Source: an uncultured delta proteobacterium
GTDB lineage: Bacteria > Desulfobacterota > Binatia > UBA9968
Assembly: GCA_963745035.1 (NCBI GenBank)
Contig: CAVUVW010000014.1
Location: 768,001-832,000 of the forward strand
DNA length: 64,000 bases
Direction of reading: 5' to 3'
Made by a program: the position numbers and the translations under genes. The notes under the pieces are model-generated. The model saw nothing but the letters and a program-made list of their open reading frames with translations, did not search any database and was not told the DNA's origin. The number at the start of each line of letters is the position of its first letter. Position 1 is the stretch's first letter. Of this stretch, positions 20,191 through 31,081 are shown piece by piece.

Positions 20191-20943
20191 TTAGCTCGCT
20201 TTCTCCTCTGCCTCGCGCTTTCGGGCGGCTTCTCGAGGGTCGGTTATTATGTCGACCCACTTCGGGTCAGGCGAGGCCTCGGCGTCGTAGTTGTCGTGCC
20301 AGTTCCACCACTTGTACGGCGGGGTCTGGGGGTAACCCTCTGGCGAGTCCTCCCACTCCTCCTGGCGCCCGAGCGCAGTGATGTCGAGATAGTTCCAGGT
20401 GCTCCCCATCTGCTCGTCACCGCGGGCGTTGATGAAGTAGGTGCGGAACACCCGCTCGCCATCGCGGATGAACGCGTTCGTGCCGTGCCACTCGTCCACG
20501 CCGAAGTCGGTGTCGAAGCCGTCCGTGATGGTGTACCACGGCATCGTCCAGCCCATTCGTGCCTTCAGGCGCTCGATGTCCGTCTGCGGCGCGCGCGAGG
20601 CGAACGCGAGCGTGGTATCGCGCGCGTTCAGATGGGCTAAGTGGGCGACCTGGTCAGCCACGAAGGAGCAGCCGCGGCAGGCATGCTCGGGCCAGCCGAA
20701 CACCCCGGGCTCGAAGAAGGCGCGATAGACGATCAACTGCCGGCGGCCGTCGAACAGGTCGAGCAAGCTCGCCTTGCCCTTGGGCCCGTCGAACTCATAC
20801 TCCTTCTCCACCGCCAGCCACGGCATCCGTCGACGCTCGGCGGCCAGCGCATCACGGGAGCGGGTCAAGGCCTTCTCCTTCACGAGGAGCTGCTGGCGCG
20901 CCGCCTCCCACTCCTGCTGCGACACGATCGGGGGTGTCTTCAT
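20191..20943 (-). CDS. DUF899 family (thioredoxin-like) protein
   Basis: PPIVS..EW..AR..LL.KEK...ERRRMPW, LFDGRRQLIVY, CRGCS, LDITALGRQE. Confidence 0.9.
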   Translation of the reverse strand: MKTPPIVSQQEWEAARQQLLVKEKALTRSRDALAAERRRMPWLAVEKEYEFDGPKGKASLLDLFDGRRQLIVYRAFFEPGVFGWPEHACRGCSFVADQVAHLAHLNARDTTLAFASRAPQTDIERLKARMGWTMPWYTITDGFDTDFGVDEWHGTNAFIRDGERVFRTYFINARGDEQMGSTWNYLDITALGRQEEWEDSPEGYPQTPPYKWWNWHDNYDAEASPDPKWVDIITDPREAARKREAEEKAS

Positions 20944-21054
20944 CGCGAGATGCCCTTTCGGCGTGCTCCCTTGTCTCTCTCTTTGCTTGTTGCCATCTTA
21001 TTTCTCCTTTGTTTTCTGAAACAGACTGAGACGATTCGGTTTGAAAAATCTTCT

Positions 21055-21173
21055 GAACTTGCCGATGCACAGCTCGTCACTGCGCCGCGTTCGTTCCTTC
21101 TACGCCTTAGCAGTTCGAGCCTTGTTCCGAGCCACTCTTCACGTGTCCCGGTCATGTGTTTGTTTTCGTCATC
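21055..21173 (-). pseudogene. 5' remnant of a second DUF899 paralog
   Basis: HMTGTREEWLGTRLELL...RRSDEL typical N-terminus, then degenerates. Confidence 0.6.
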
Positions 21174-21302
21174 TCTCTTCTCTCATTCGTTCGACTGTCC
21201 TTCTTCCGTTCGCCGCCCGTGCGATGCTAAATCTATTTCATGACTAGCACCGAGCGCGGCAGTTGCAATGAGCGTGGGAGTTACAAATGTGACGGGATTC
21301 CG

Positions 21303-22527
21303 ATGGACTCGCTGATCACCACCGCGGCGCGGGCACTGGCGGCGGGCGATCCCCTCGGCGCGTTGAAGCGGGTCGCCCTGCGCGACGACGCGCCTGCGCT
21401 CGCGCTTCGAGGCATTGCGATGGCACAGCTCGGCGATCTCGTTCGAGCGAAGGCTCTCCTGCGACGTGCTGCGCGCGCCTTCGGTCCGAAAGAGGCCGTG
21501 GCCCGCGCGAGGTGCGTCGTCGCCGAGGCCGAGATCGCGCTTGTCTCGCGCGACCTCCGCTGGCCTGCGAAGGCGCTCGACGCGGCGCGGGCGACGCTCG
21601 AAGCGCACGCCGACCGGGCGAACGCCGCGCATGCGCGGTATGTCGAGATCCGGCGCCTCCTACTGATCGGGCGCATCGACGAGGCCGAGCGCACGCTCGC
21701 CGAGCTCGACCCCGCGCTGCTCCCTCCCGCGTCCAGGACCGCCCGCGAGCTGGTGGTCGCAGGCATCGCGATTCGACGCCTGAAGACGAAGGCGGCGCGC
21801 GCTGCGCTCGCTCGGGCCAAACGCGCGGCGCACCACGCACGCATCCCCGCACTGACGGCGGAGGTCGAAAGCGCATCCCTCGTTCTGAACACGCCCGCGG
21901 CGCGCCTGATTGACGAAGGGAAAGGAGCGACTCCTCGTGCTCGAGGAAGTCGAGAGCGTTGCTGGCATCGAAAGCATTCGTCGTGGACGCGTGCCGTCAT
22001 GTCGTGCGTGACGCATGCACCTTGGTCTCGCTCGCAAGGCGTCCGGTGTTGTTCGCGCTCGTACGCGCGCTGGGCGAAGCGTGGCCCGGAGACGTGCCGA
22101 GAGACATGCTCGTAGCGCGGGCATTCGGAGCAAAGCGCGCCAATGAATCGCATCGCGCGCGGTTGCGGGTCGAAGTCGGGCGGCTTCGCACGGTGCTTCG
22201 GACGATGGGCGACGTGAGCGCGACGCAGCGGGGTTTCGCGCTGGCACCGCGCGCGCGCACGCGAGGTAGTCGTGCTGGCTCCGCCCGTCGAAGAGGAGCA
22301 TGCGCGGGTGCTCGCCTTTCTCACCGACGGGGAATCGTGGTCGAGCTCGGCCCTTGCGCTTGCGCTTGGCAACGAGCCAGCGCACCGTGCAGCGGGCGCT
22401 CGACTCGCTTGAGGCAGCAGGCAAGGTGCAGTGGTTCGGTCGCGGGCGAGCGCGTCGTTGGATGACCCCGCCGGTGCCGGGATTCACGACGACATTGTTA
22501 CTCCCCGCTCCACTGCCGAGTGATTAG
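21303..22527 (+). CDS. helix-turn-helix domain protein associated with DUF899 clusters (about 3 frameshifts)
   Basis: MDSLIT.AARALAAGDPLGALKRVALRDD; later frames give RPVLFAL...AWPGDV...ARLRVE, GESWSSSALA and QRTVQRAL...GRGRARRW. Confidence 0.75.
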
Positions 22528-22536
22528 GATGGAAGC

Positions 22537-23252
22537 ATGAGTCAATCAGTGGCCGAGATCGTTCGCGAGTATGGACCTTTTCCGGGTGTCGACCAGAGTG
22601 CATGGAGTCACCTATGACGGTCAGCGCGTCTGGTTTGCTGCTGGAGAGAGGCTGAACGCCTTCGATCCTGCGAGCGGGAAAGACGCTGCGCTCGATCGCT
22701 GTCGCCGCGAACGCAGGAACGGCCTTCGACGGCCGGCACCTGTTCCAGCTCGCCGGGGATCGCATCCAGAAGATCGACCCGAAGACCGGCCGAGTGCTCG
22801 GCACGATCCCGGCGCCCGGCGGCGGCGATGACTCGGGGCTCACGTGGGCCGAAGGGACTCTCTGGGTGGGGCAGTATCGGGACCGGAAGATCTATCAACT
22901 CGATCCCCAGACAGGGGCGATTCTTCGCACGATCGAGTCCAATCGCTTCGTTACCGGGGTTACCTGGATCGACGGAGAGCTGTGGCACGGCACCTGGGAA
23001 GGCGACGAGAGCGATTTGCGGCGAGTCGATCCTCGAACGGGAGAGATTCTGGAGCGGGTCGAGATGCCGCCCGGAGTGGCCATTTCGGGGCTCGAGTCCG
23101 ATGGCGGCGATCTGTTCTTCTGCGGCGGGGGAAGTAGCGGCAAGGTGAGGACCGTCCGCCGGCCCAAGCGAGGCTCCGGGACGGGCAGCAGCTCCAAGAT
23201 TCCCCTCGCCTCCACGAGGAAGCGCACATCATCCTCGAAAAAAAACAAGTGA
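22537..23252 (+). CDS. glutamine cyclotransferase-like beta-propeller protein (frameshifted near 22582 and 22680)
   Basis: AEIVREYGPF, VHGVTYDG, DSGLTWAEGTLWVGQYR, NRFVTGVTW, GLESDG..FFCGGG. Confidence 0.75.
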
Positions 23253-23627
23253 GGTCTGACTGGGATCATGGTCTGCTGGTGAAAGGCACTCGCCGGGAAT
23301 GAAGAACTGGAAGATATCGCCGCAATGGTCCGGCCGAGCTGGGACAGACTCCTTAAGGAGGGCGATGGTAGAGGAATTGTTCCGGCATGCAGGGAGCATG
23401 GCTATCGGTTCACGAGATCGCGGCGCATCTGGGAGTGCATTACGCGACCGTGAGCCGGCGCCTCAACGGATGGAGCAGCGAAAACGAAATGTGTGATTGC
23501 AGACCTCGATGGTGCGACGCGCTTGCTTTGTCACCGGCTTAGCTTCTACACCCGCGGCCGCCTTTTTTTCTTGACCGGCTCGAGCGACGGATGTAGCCTC
23601 GGGGCGATTTCACCGCGAGGCGCCCGT

Positions 23628-24624
23628 ATGAAGTTGGGTTCTGTGATGTTCGTGCTCGTGCTTGGCGCGCTCACCAGCGCGGCCGACGGCGCGCAATCGA
23701 AGCTCAAACTTCCTCCCGGCCTTCAGGAAAGCGCCGCTTTCATTCCCGACGACAATCCGCTCACGCCGGAGAAGATCGCGCTCGGCAAACAGTTCTTTTG
23801 GGACAAACGATGGTCGCGAAACGGCACGGTAGCCTGTGTGACCTGCCATGAGCCAACTCACGGGTGGGGCGATCCGCGTCAGTTTTCCGCGCGATGGGAT
23901 GGGACACCGACGTCCCGGCACTCGCCGACGTTGGTGAATCGCGTGTTCAGCGACGCGCAACAATGGACCGGCCAGCGCACATCACTCGAAGATCAAGCGA
24001 TCAAAGCATCGGACCAATCGCCGGAGTTGCTGGTCAAGAACTTGGGCGCTATTTCCCTACTATCAACAGCAGCACCGCAAGATTTTCGGCACGGATCTCA
24101 ACCCCGAGGGCGTCGCCAAAGCGATCGCGGCCTACGAGCGGACGATCCTGTCGGGCAACTCGCCCTTTGATCGTTTCAATGGGGGCGACAAGAAGGCGCT
24201 GTCGGCAGCCGCGCAGCGCGGCTTGGCTCTATTCCAGGGAAAGGCCAATTGCGTGACGTGTCACGTCAGTTTCAATTTCACCGACGAAAACTACCACAAT
24301 CTTGGCGTGGGAATGGATAACGCGAAACCCGACCTGGGAAGATTTACGGTGACCAAAAACGACGACCATAGAGGAGCTTTCAAAACGCCGACCTTGCGCG
24401 ATGTCGCCAAACGGCCGCCGTACATGCACGACGGCAGCCTGAAGACTTTGGAAGATGTGGTCGCGTTTTACAACAAAGGAGGCACGCCGAATCAGTGGCT
24501 TTCGAAGGATATCCGCCCGCTCAATCTGACACCTGTAGAGCAAAAAGATTTGGTCGCGTTCATGGAAGCGCTGACCGGCCAAGTCGCGCCGGAAGTATCA
24601 ACCCCGCCGAAATTACCGGAGTAA
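23628..24624 (+). CDS. di-heme cytochrome c peroxidase/MauG family protein (frameshift ~24055)
   Basis: Signal peptide, DNPLT.EKI.LGK, two CVTCH heme sites, FKTPTLRDV...PYMHDG. Confidence 0.88.
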
Positions 24625-24782
24625 AGAAAGCCCGAGAACCAGCGTTGCTGCAGTCCATTGGTCCATGAGGATTCGGCGATCGCCAATCGCTGCTCAGCGA
24701 CCGCGCGTTCGACATAGCGCAGAGCAGTTTCGCTCCATCAATCAATAGGATAGCCTGACAGCAACCATTTAGGAGAATTTTG

Positions 24783-25041
24783 ATGCGAGCATTTCTTGCC
24801 GTGTGCCTTGCTCATGATGCTCGCGGGCTGCGGCGACAAAGCGAAGGATCTGTACGATACCGCGCAGCTCGAAGAGAAGCAGAACAACAGACCGCATGCG
24901 ACGAAACTTTATCGGCAGATCGTAGAAGACCATCCCGACTCGCCTTATGCGAATCAGGCCAAGAACCGTTTGGCGGAGTTGGAGAAAGCGCGTCAGATGT
25001 TTCATCAAGGATCCTGCCCTGCTCTCCCTCGGAAGCGCTGA
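24783..25041 (+). CDS. small TPR-like lipoprotein (frameshift in the signal peptide)
   Basis: Lipobox LAGC; LY..A..EE......A.KLYRQIV..HPDSPYA..A..RL. Confidence 0.7.
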
Positions 25042-25186
25042 CTGGCCCGGAGGAGTATCAAGCAGTAAGGAAGAACTGCTATTGGTGCAGCCATTCATCT
25101 ACGATTTATTCCTTGAATTGGAAAAGTGGCCTGTCCCCTTTAGCTCTTTAGGTCGGCTGATGTGGCGCGCAGCTTGCCGGGACCCA

Positions 25187-25271
25187 AATCAACGGCGGAG
25201 TTGAAGTTCCACAGGGCGCAGGTCTCGGCGCAGACCCGGAGGATGACCTGATTGCACAGTTCAGAGTGTAA
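25187..25271 (+). repeat. 3' tail of a mandelate racemase/enolase-family gene, copy 2
   Basis: INGGVEVPQGAGLGADPEDDLIAQFRV*. Confidence 0.65.
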
Positions 25272-25359
25272 ACCCGGATTATAAGTATTAAGGTCAGGCC
25301 GACCTTTCGCACGATCAACCGAATCGGCTGCACAGAGTAGCAGGGCTGTAACAATAGTT

Positions 25360-26769
25360 ATGAATCCGGAGACTCCGAGTCAGACGCGTAAATTGGCCAT
25401 TCTGCTGGACGTAGCCAACGCGCTCGCAAACCAGCTGCGACTTGATGATCTCTTGAGTACGATCATCGGTAAAACTGCCGAGGTGCTCGATGCCGAACGT
25501 GCCACGCTGTTTCTCTACGACCAAGCCCGCGATGAGTTGTGGAGTAAGACGGCCGACCAACTCGAGATAAGAGAGATTCGCTTTCGGATCGGCGTGGGTA
25601 TTGCCGGCGATGTGGCTCGAACGCGGACTGTCGCAAACGTAGCCGATGCTTATGCCGATCCGCGTTTTAACCAGGACTTTGATAAGCAAACGGGTTTTCG
25701 GACCCACTCGGTTCTATGCATGCCTCTAAGCGGTAGTCATCAAGAACTTATCGGCGTCATTCAGGTTTTGAACAAAAAGAGTCGCACAGGATTTGATGAA
25801 GAAGACGAATCTCTGCTCGGAGGGCTTAATGCCCATATCTCGGTCGCCCTTGAGCGCGCTCAGCTTATCGAAGCCTATATCGAAAAGGACCGAGTTCTGG
25901 AAAGTCAAAACAATGCCAAAACTAAAATGATCGATCACCTTTCGCACGAATTGAAAACACCCCTGGCGGTGATATCCGGCTCTTGCGGATTACTGCAAAA
26001 ATTGGCCGCCACACAGGACCCGCAGCGAACCCATATTATCGCGGAACGACTGCAGCGAGCGATCGGCAGACTGGTAGAGCTCCAGCTGGAGGCCTGTGAC
26101 ATTGCCGCGCAAAGACCATTTACTGAGGAAATCGTGCTGACGGATTGGTTGCGGCGCTGCCAGGACCTGCTCGAGAGCATCGTCGACGCGCAACACGCGC
26201 CGGCTTGGTTGCAGGAACGGCTGGCGCAGAGGATCGCTGAAACATACGCTCAGGATGCGAATCAGCGGCCCGAGACGTTGCTGATGGATGTCTGGATTCC
26301 CCAGGCAGTGGAAGCGATGCGCCCCGATTTCAAACATCGTCTGATTGCTTTGGAAAAGACACTTGAAGCAGTTCCGGCCGTATATCTTCCCGAGCCATTA
26401 CTCTTCAAATCTTTTCGCGGCTTGTTGCGCAACGCGATCGAAGCCACGCCCGACGGTGGAACCATAAGCCTGACCTTGCGCGAAGTGAGCGGCAACGTGA
26501 GACTGGATATTCGCGATAGCGGCGTCGGCATTGACACGGAGCTACAAGAACATCTATTCCATGGTTTCATACATGCGGGCACCACCGATCGCTATTCGTC
26601 GGGCCGACCCTACGACTTCGGCGCGGGCGGCAGGGGACTCGACTTACAACGACTCAAGCTTTTTTCGGAGCGTTATGGTTTCAAGCTTTCTTTCGCCAGT
26701 AAGGTTGGCGCGGGCAGCGTATTTTCGCTCGACTTTCCGCCGGCCCTGTTGAGGCCGCGTGACCGTTAG
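25360..26769 (+). CDS. GAF-domain histidine kinase
   Basis: GAF with DPRFN...VLNKK...FDEEDE; H-box SHELKTPL; NAIEAT, DSGVG, GRGLDL. Confidence 0.9.
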   Translation: MNPETPSQTRKLAILLDVANALANQLRLDDLLSTIIGKTAEVLDAERATLFLYDQARDELWSKTADQLEIREIRFRIGVGIAGDVARTRTVANVADAYADPRFNQDFDKQTGFRTHSVLCMPLSGSHQELIGVIQVLNKKSRTGFDEEDESLLGGLNAHISVALERAQLIEAYIEKDRVLESQNNAKTKMIDHLSHELKTPLAVISGSCGLLQKLAATQDPQRTHIIAERLQRAIGRLVELQLEACDIAAQRPFTEEIVLTDWLRRCQDLLESIVDAQHAPAWLQERLAQRIAETYAQDANQRPETLLMDVWIPQAVEAMRPDFKHRLIALEKTLEAVPAVYLPEPLLFKSFRGLLRNAIEATPDGGTISLTLREVSGNVRLDIRDSGVGIDTELQEHLFHGFIHAGTTDRYSSGRPYDFGAGGRGLDLQRLKLFSERYGFKLSFASKVGAGSVFSLDFPPALLRPRDR

Positions 26770-26789
26770 GACGAAACCACGGAGCAATT

Positions 26790-27596
26790 ATGGCTGAAAA
26801 ACTTGCGCCGGCGGCGGCCGTTTCGGAAGATTTCTTTCGCGCGCTGGACACCCAACTTTTGGTCCACGAGTTGAAAGGACCGCTCTCATTGATCGAGGCG
26901 GCGGCCCGTACCCTGATCGAACAAGCCGGGCGAATGGGACCACTGACCGAGCGGCAAGAAAAAGCGATAAAGCGCATTCTTCGTGGAACCCTGCGAGGAA
27001 GGACACTGGTCAATCAACTGCTGGAAATCGGACGGGCCGAATCGGCGCAGTTTTCGTTGGCGTCTTTTGATGTCGGCGAGGCTGTGCTCAAAACATTGAT
27101 CGAATCTGTCGAAATCAGTGATGCCCAACTCGCCGCTCGCCTGAGCGAAGCCACCGCGGGCGATGCGCAGCAGGCGGTGCTTGCACACGCTGGAGTCACA
27201 ATGAAAATAGCTCCGGAGGCCAATCGGCTGCGAATTTTTCAGGATCCGGTCAAATTCGCTTTGATCGTCGGTAATTTGATCCAGAATGCATTGCATTTTC
27301 GCCGCCGATGGCTGGAGGTTGTTGTGGATCGAGAAGGTGCTGACCTGATAATTTCGGTGCAGGATGACGGTCCGGGTATTCCACCCGAGCACCATGCGGC
27401 TGTTTTCGAGCGTTACAAACAGCTGCCCATCCATGAGGGTTTCGAGCGAAAAGGCCATGGCCTGGGATTGGCGGGAGCGCTGATCCTAGCACGCCGGCTC
27501 GGCGGCGATATTTTTCTTGACAGCGTACCAGGTCAAGGCGCGACCTTTCGATTTAGAATCCCGGTGAATCGGGCAAAACCCAATGGAGCTGATTGA
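26790..27596 (+). CDS. sensor-less histidine kinase (HisKA + HATPase)
   Basis: HELKGPL, NLIQNA, DDGPG, GHGLGL, GQGATF. Confidence 0.88.
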   Translation: MAEKLAPAAAVSEDFFRALDTQLLVHELKGPLSLIEAAARTLIEQAGRMGPLTERQEKAIKRILRGTLRGRTLVNQLLEIGRAESAQFSLASFDVGEAVLKTLIESVEISDAQLAARLSEATAGDAQQAVLAHAGVTMKIAPEANRLRIFQDPVKFALIVGNLIQNALHFRRRWLEVVVDREGADLIISVQDDGPGIPPEHHAAVFERYKQLPIHEGFERKGHGLGLAGALILARRLGGDIFLDSVPGQGATFRFRIPVNRAKPNGAD

Positions 27597-27906
27597 CTGT
27601 CACGGAACATCCGACTGTTGGAATATTGAGATTCAGGCCTATTATTGTATGCAGGCCGACTCTTGTAATGAGTCGGCCGGTTGGTGTCAGTCAGTAACGC
27701 AAGAGCTCACCCGAGGTTGCAAGCCGGGATGTAAAGATTTAAACGAAGGGCTCGTGTGTTTTAAACCGGGGACGATGGTGTACAGGAAGCGATCCCGAAC
27801 GACGCTGTTAGTTGATCCACTTACTGGCGTGTTGTAAACGATTCTGCTGACTGCGTTATGCGGTCGGCTGATCGTCGCTCTAAATTCTAGGTGAAGGAGA
27901 AAATAG

Positions 27907-28434
27907 ATGGCGGAAAATACTTCCAATGCACGCATACAGGGGCTTCGGATCTTGGCCGTGGATGACGAGCCGGACATTTTAGAGACGATTGTCGATGTGC
28001 TCGACGGCGCAACGGTCGATTGCGCTAGAAGCTACCAAGAGGCTATGGAACGATTAAATCCCGGTGAGTCCAGGACACCGGCAAATGTGAAATACGATCT
28101 GGCGATTCTCGATATTATGGGCGTGGACGGCATGGCTTTACTGAGCCAAACCGTGAACCAACGTATTCCCACCGTGATGCTGACTGCCCATGCGATGAAT
28201 CCACAAACCCTGAAAGCATCCATTGTCAACGGCGCGTTATCCTATCTGCCGAAGGAAGAGCTCGCCAATCTCGCCGAGCACATCGATGATGTTTTGGATG
28301 CGGTCGAGAAGGGACAGTCGACCTGGAAGCGGCTATTCACGAGGTTGGGAAAATTCTTCGAAAAGGGTTTCGGACCTGCCTGGACATCGGACGACCCCGA
28401 ATTCTGGAGATATTACTATGGACCAATGATTTGA
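27907..28434 (+). CDS. single-domain response regulator with C-terminal extension
   Basis: ILAVDDE, ILDIMGVDG, MLTAHA, YLPK. Confidence 0.88.
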   Translation: MAENTSNARIQGLRILAVDDEPDILETIVDVLDGATVDCARSYQEAMERLNPGESRTPANVKYDLAILDIMGVDGMALLSQTVNQRIPTVMLTAHAMNPQTLKASIVNGALSYLPKEELANLAEHIDDVLDAVEKGQSTWKRLFTRLGKFFEKGFGPAWTSDDPEFWRYYYGPMI

Positions 28435-28968
28435 CGCCGACCTTGCGCGATGTCGCCAAACGCCGCCGTACATGCACGACGGCGGCCTGAAGACTTTACA
28501 ACAGAGGCACGCCGAATCAGTGGCTTTCGAAGGATATCCGCCCGCTCAATCTGACACCTGCAGAGCAAAAAGATTTGGTCGCGTTCATGGAAGCGCTGAC
28601 CGGCCAAGTCGCGCCGGAAGTATCAACCCCGCCGAAATTACCGGAGTAAAGAGCTGGACAACTGGCGTTGCTGCAGCCCATTATCGACGATCGCTGCTCA
28701 GCGACTGGGCGGTCCACATAGCGGGCGGGACACCAACTATTTAGGAAAATTTTCAGGCGAATATTTCTTGCCGTCTGCCTGGTCCTGCTGCTTCGCGGGC
28801 TGCGGCGATAAAGCGAAGGCTTTATGCGATACCGCGCAGTTGGAAGAGAAGCAGAACAACAAGCCGCACGCTACGAAACTTTATCGGCAGATCGTAGAAG
28901 AATATCCGGATTCACCTTACGCGAATCGGGCGAAGACTCGTTTGGCCGAGTTGGAGAAAGCGCGTTAA
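28434..28968 (+). repeat. diverged direct repeat of 24385-24993 (peroxidase 3' end + TPR lipoprotein gene)
   Basis: acgccgaccttgcgcgatgtcgccaaacg...ttggagaaagcgcgt matches; ~20 nt internal deletion; lipoprotein ATG changed to AGG. Confidence 0.92.
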
Positions 28969-29113
28969 ATATTCACCAAAGCCTCTGCCAAAAAAGGGGA
29001 GGCCGTCAACGCGCCGGCTTCATTCATCGGAATACCGCCCGGCCCGGCCGTGTTCGCCGGGCCCCCGTGTTTATGGTCATGGCCCAACTCGGCGCTGCGC
29101 CGTTTTCGATGGT

Positions 29114-29488
29114 TCAGAAACGTTGAAACAGCTCGATTGGATTCCCTGACGGGTCATCGATGAGTATCTGTCTGCCGCCATTGCCGGTCAAAATGTCGCT
29201 GCGGAACCGCCTGCCCTCCGTTTTCAACTTGCCGACCGTTGCTTCAAGATCTTCGACTTCGATCTGAATACGATTCCAACCGCCCGGCGTTGGAGTTTGG
29301 CCGTTTGGCATCGCCTGTCCAGCTCCACCTGCGCCCGGTCGATTCAACAGCAGCTGCAAATCACCGCGCGACAGACTCGCGAAACCCGGCGCCGGATGCA
29401 TTTCGAGTTTGAAACCTAGTAGCTCGGTATAAAAACCGATTGCCGCTGGGACATCATGCACTATATAGCGGACACTCACCTTACTCAT
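29114..29488 (-). CDS. VOC/glyoxalase family protein
   Basis: VRYIVHDV..AI.FY..LLGF, PGGWNRIQIEV, DDPSGNPIELFQ. Confidence 0.9.
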   Translation of the reverse strand: MSKVSVRYIVHDVPAAIGFYTELLGFKLEMHPAPGFASLSRGDLQLLLNRPGAGGAGQAMPNGQTPTPGGWNRIQIEVEDLEATVGKLKTEGRRFRSDILTGNGGRQILIDDPSGNPIELFQRF

Positions 29489-29530
29489 ATTTTCCTCCTC
29501 ATAGAAAATTGCGAATTATACTCTCGTGAG

Positions 29531-29649
29531 TTAACGCGTGCCTGGCTCTTTGCTGGAAGGGCCAAAGCCCAGACCGGAAAAGGGCAAAGGTCTGCCGGTC
29601 TCGAGCAGACTCTTGAGACTCGACAGGATGGCCGGCCAGCCGCGCGCTA
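29531..29649 (-). pseudogene. 3' tail of an SRPBCC/AHSA1 family gene
   Basis: Manual translation ARGWPAILSSLKSLLETGRPL...* is the typical C-terminus. Confidence 0.7.
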
Positions 29650-30199
29650 CCGACTACCCACCTCACTGTTCGAGAATGTCAATTCGACCACGAGTCGTAT
29701 CATTTCTTTTTTGCTGAGAATCTACCGATATGTGTTGCGTATCAATTTCAGTCTTAAGATGCTTAACGCTCAGTTGCGACTGTGCGTTTTGCTCGGATTT
29801 TCGTTGAAATGCGCTTTTTAGTTCCGTCGTTTTATTAAACTTCTATTCTATTGGTAGGACCGATTTCTCTAATCGAGGCACCGGCTCTTGCTAAATCGTC
29901 TAGCTGTATTCGAGATAGGAGCGCACTGATATGTAGCCGGAAGGTTTTCTGCCTCCTCTCTTCGCGCTTGCGAGAGTATTCGCAAAGGATCGTGCTGACC
30001 TTTCGATAAGGACCGCAACTTTAGCCGCAGTCGTATTTATTTTTGGCGACTGCCTTATTTTCACGTTTCCAAAACTGCAGTCGGTCGCATTTTTCGGACG
30101 GCAGTCCGTTGTCAATCGCGCAATCTCCATCGGCACCGTAAATCCATTTCATCCTCCCTAACGTAGATAGATTCAATAACAGCAGTCAAGGAGGTTACG

Positions 30200-31081
30200 A
30201 TGAAAAGGTTTGTATGGATTCTGGTGGTTTTCGTGGCGGCGCTGGCGGCCCAGGCGGCCAATGCGGCTCAGTCGGGCTGTGGCAACGGTGCCCGCCTAGG
30301 CAGCGGTGACGGGTTGAACACTATCCTCGCGCTCACAGATGATCAAAGGCTGTTGCGGTTCCAGGAGTGTAGGACGCGAACCCGCCAGATTGGCAGCATA
30401 GCCGGACTCCAAGCGGGGGACACGGCGCTAGTGGGCATGGATTTCCGCGTGCAGGATGGCCTGCTCTATGGAGTTGGCAATGGCGGGGGCCTCTACACGA
30501 TCGACACCGACACGGCAGTAGCGACCCCGGTCGGGCAGTTGACGGTCGCTCTTAGCGGCAACTTCTTTGGCGTCGACTTTAATCCGGCCGCCAACGCTCT
30601 AAGAATCATCAGCAACACCGGTCAGAATCTGCGGCATCCATTTGCCGGCACTTTGGTGGGTCAGACCCAGCCCGACAGCAGTCTCAACTACGTCGGTGTT
30701 CCGGCAAATGGGGTCACCGGCGCCGCGTATACAAACAACGACCTGGAGCCGAACACGGCGACGACACTATTTACCATCGACACGTCGTTAAACCAAGTCA
30801 ACGTCCAGTCGCCGGCGAATGCCGGCTCGCTTGCGCCGACCGGCATGCTGACTGTAGATGCCGATACGCCGGTCGGATTCGACATCTACACAGAGGTGCG
30901 CAGCGATCAGAACACCAACGATCGGGCCCTCAACAACCGTGGCTTCGCATCGCTGGTGGTGGCTGGTGTAATCGGATTCTATCGAATTAATCTCCTGACC
31001 GGAGAGGCGTTCTTTATCGATGACTTTAGCGATACGGTGATCGACATCGCCATTCCGCTCAATCAGAAGTTGAGGAAGTAG
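30200..31081 (+). CDS. secreted DUF4394 domain protein
   Basis: Signal peptide; LVGMDFR..DG.LYGV, GVDFNPAA..LRIIS..GQNLR, AAYTN, GFDI. Confidence 0.85.
   Translation: MKRFVWILVVFVAALAAQAANAAQSGCGNGARLGSGDGLNTILALTDDQRLLRFQECRTRTRQIGSIAGLQAGDTALVGMDFRVQDGLLYGVGNGGGLYTIDTDTAVATPVGQLTVALSGNFFGVDFNPAANALRIISNTGQNLRHPFAGTLVGQTQPDSSLNYVGVPANGVTGAAYTNNDLEPNTATTLFTIDTSLNQVNVQSPANAGSLAPTGMLTVDADTPVGFDIYTEVRSDQNTNDRALNNRGFASLVVAGVIGFYRINLLTGEAFFIDDFSDTVIDIAIPLNQKLRK

Noticed and set aside
27583-27837. Cys-rich 84 aa ORF as a RiPP precursor or metal-binding protein
   Set aside because: No modifying enzymes nearby; it overlaps a terminator-like hairpin (ggccgactc/gagtcggcc) and the probable RR promoter region
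29550-29645. Possible c-di-GMP-I riboswitch (GCAAAG, GAAA, paired GCCGG stems)
   Set aside because: Lacks the GGCAAA-P2-GACGCAAAG order and is better explained as the antisense of an SRPBCC gene tail
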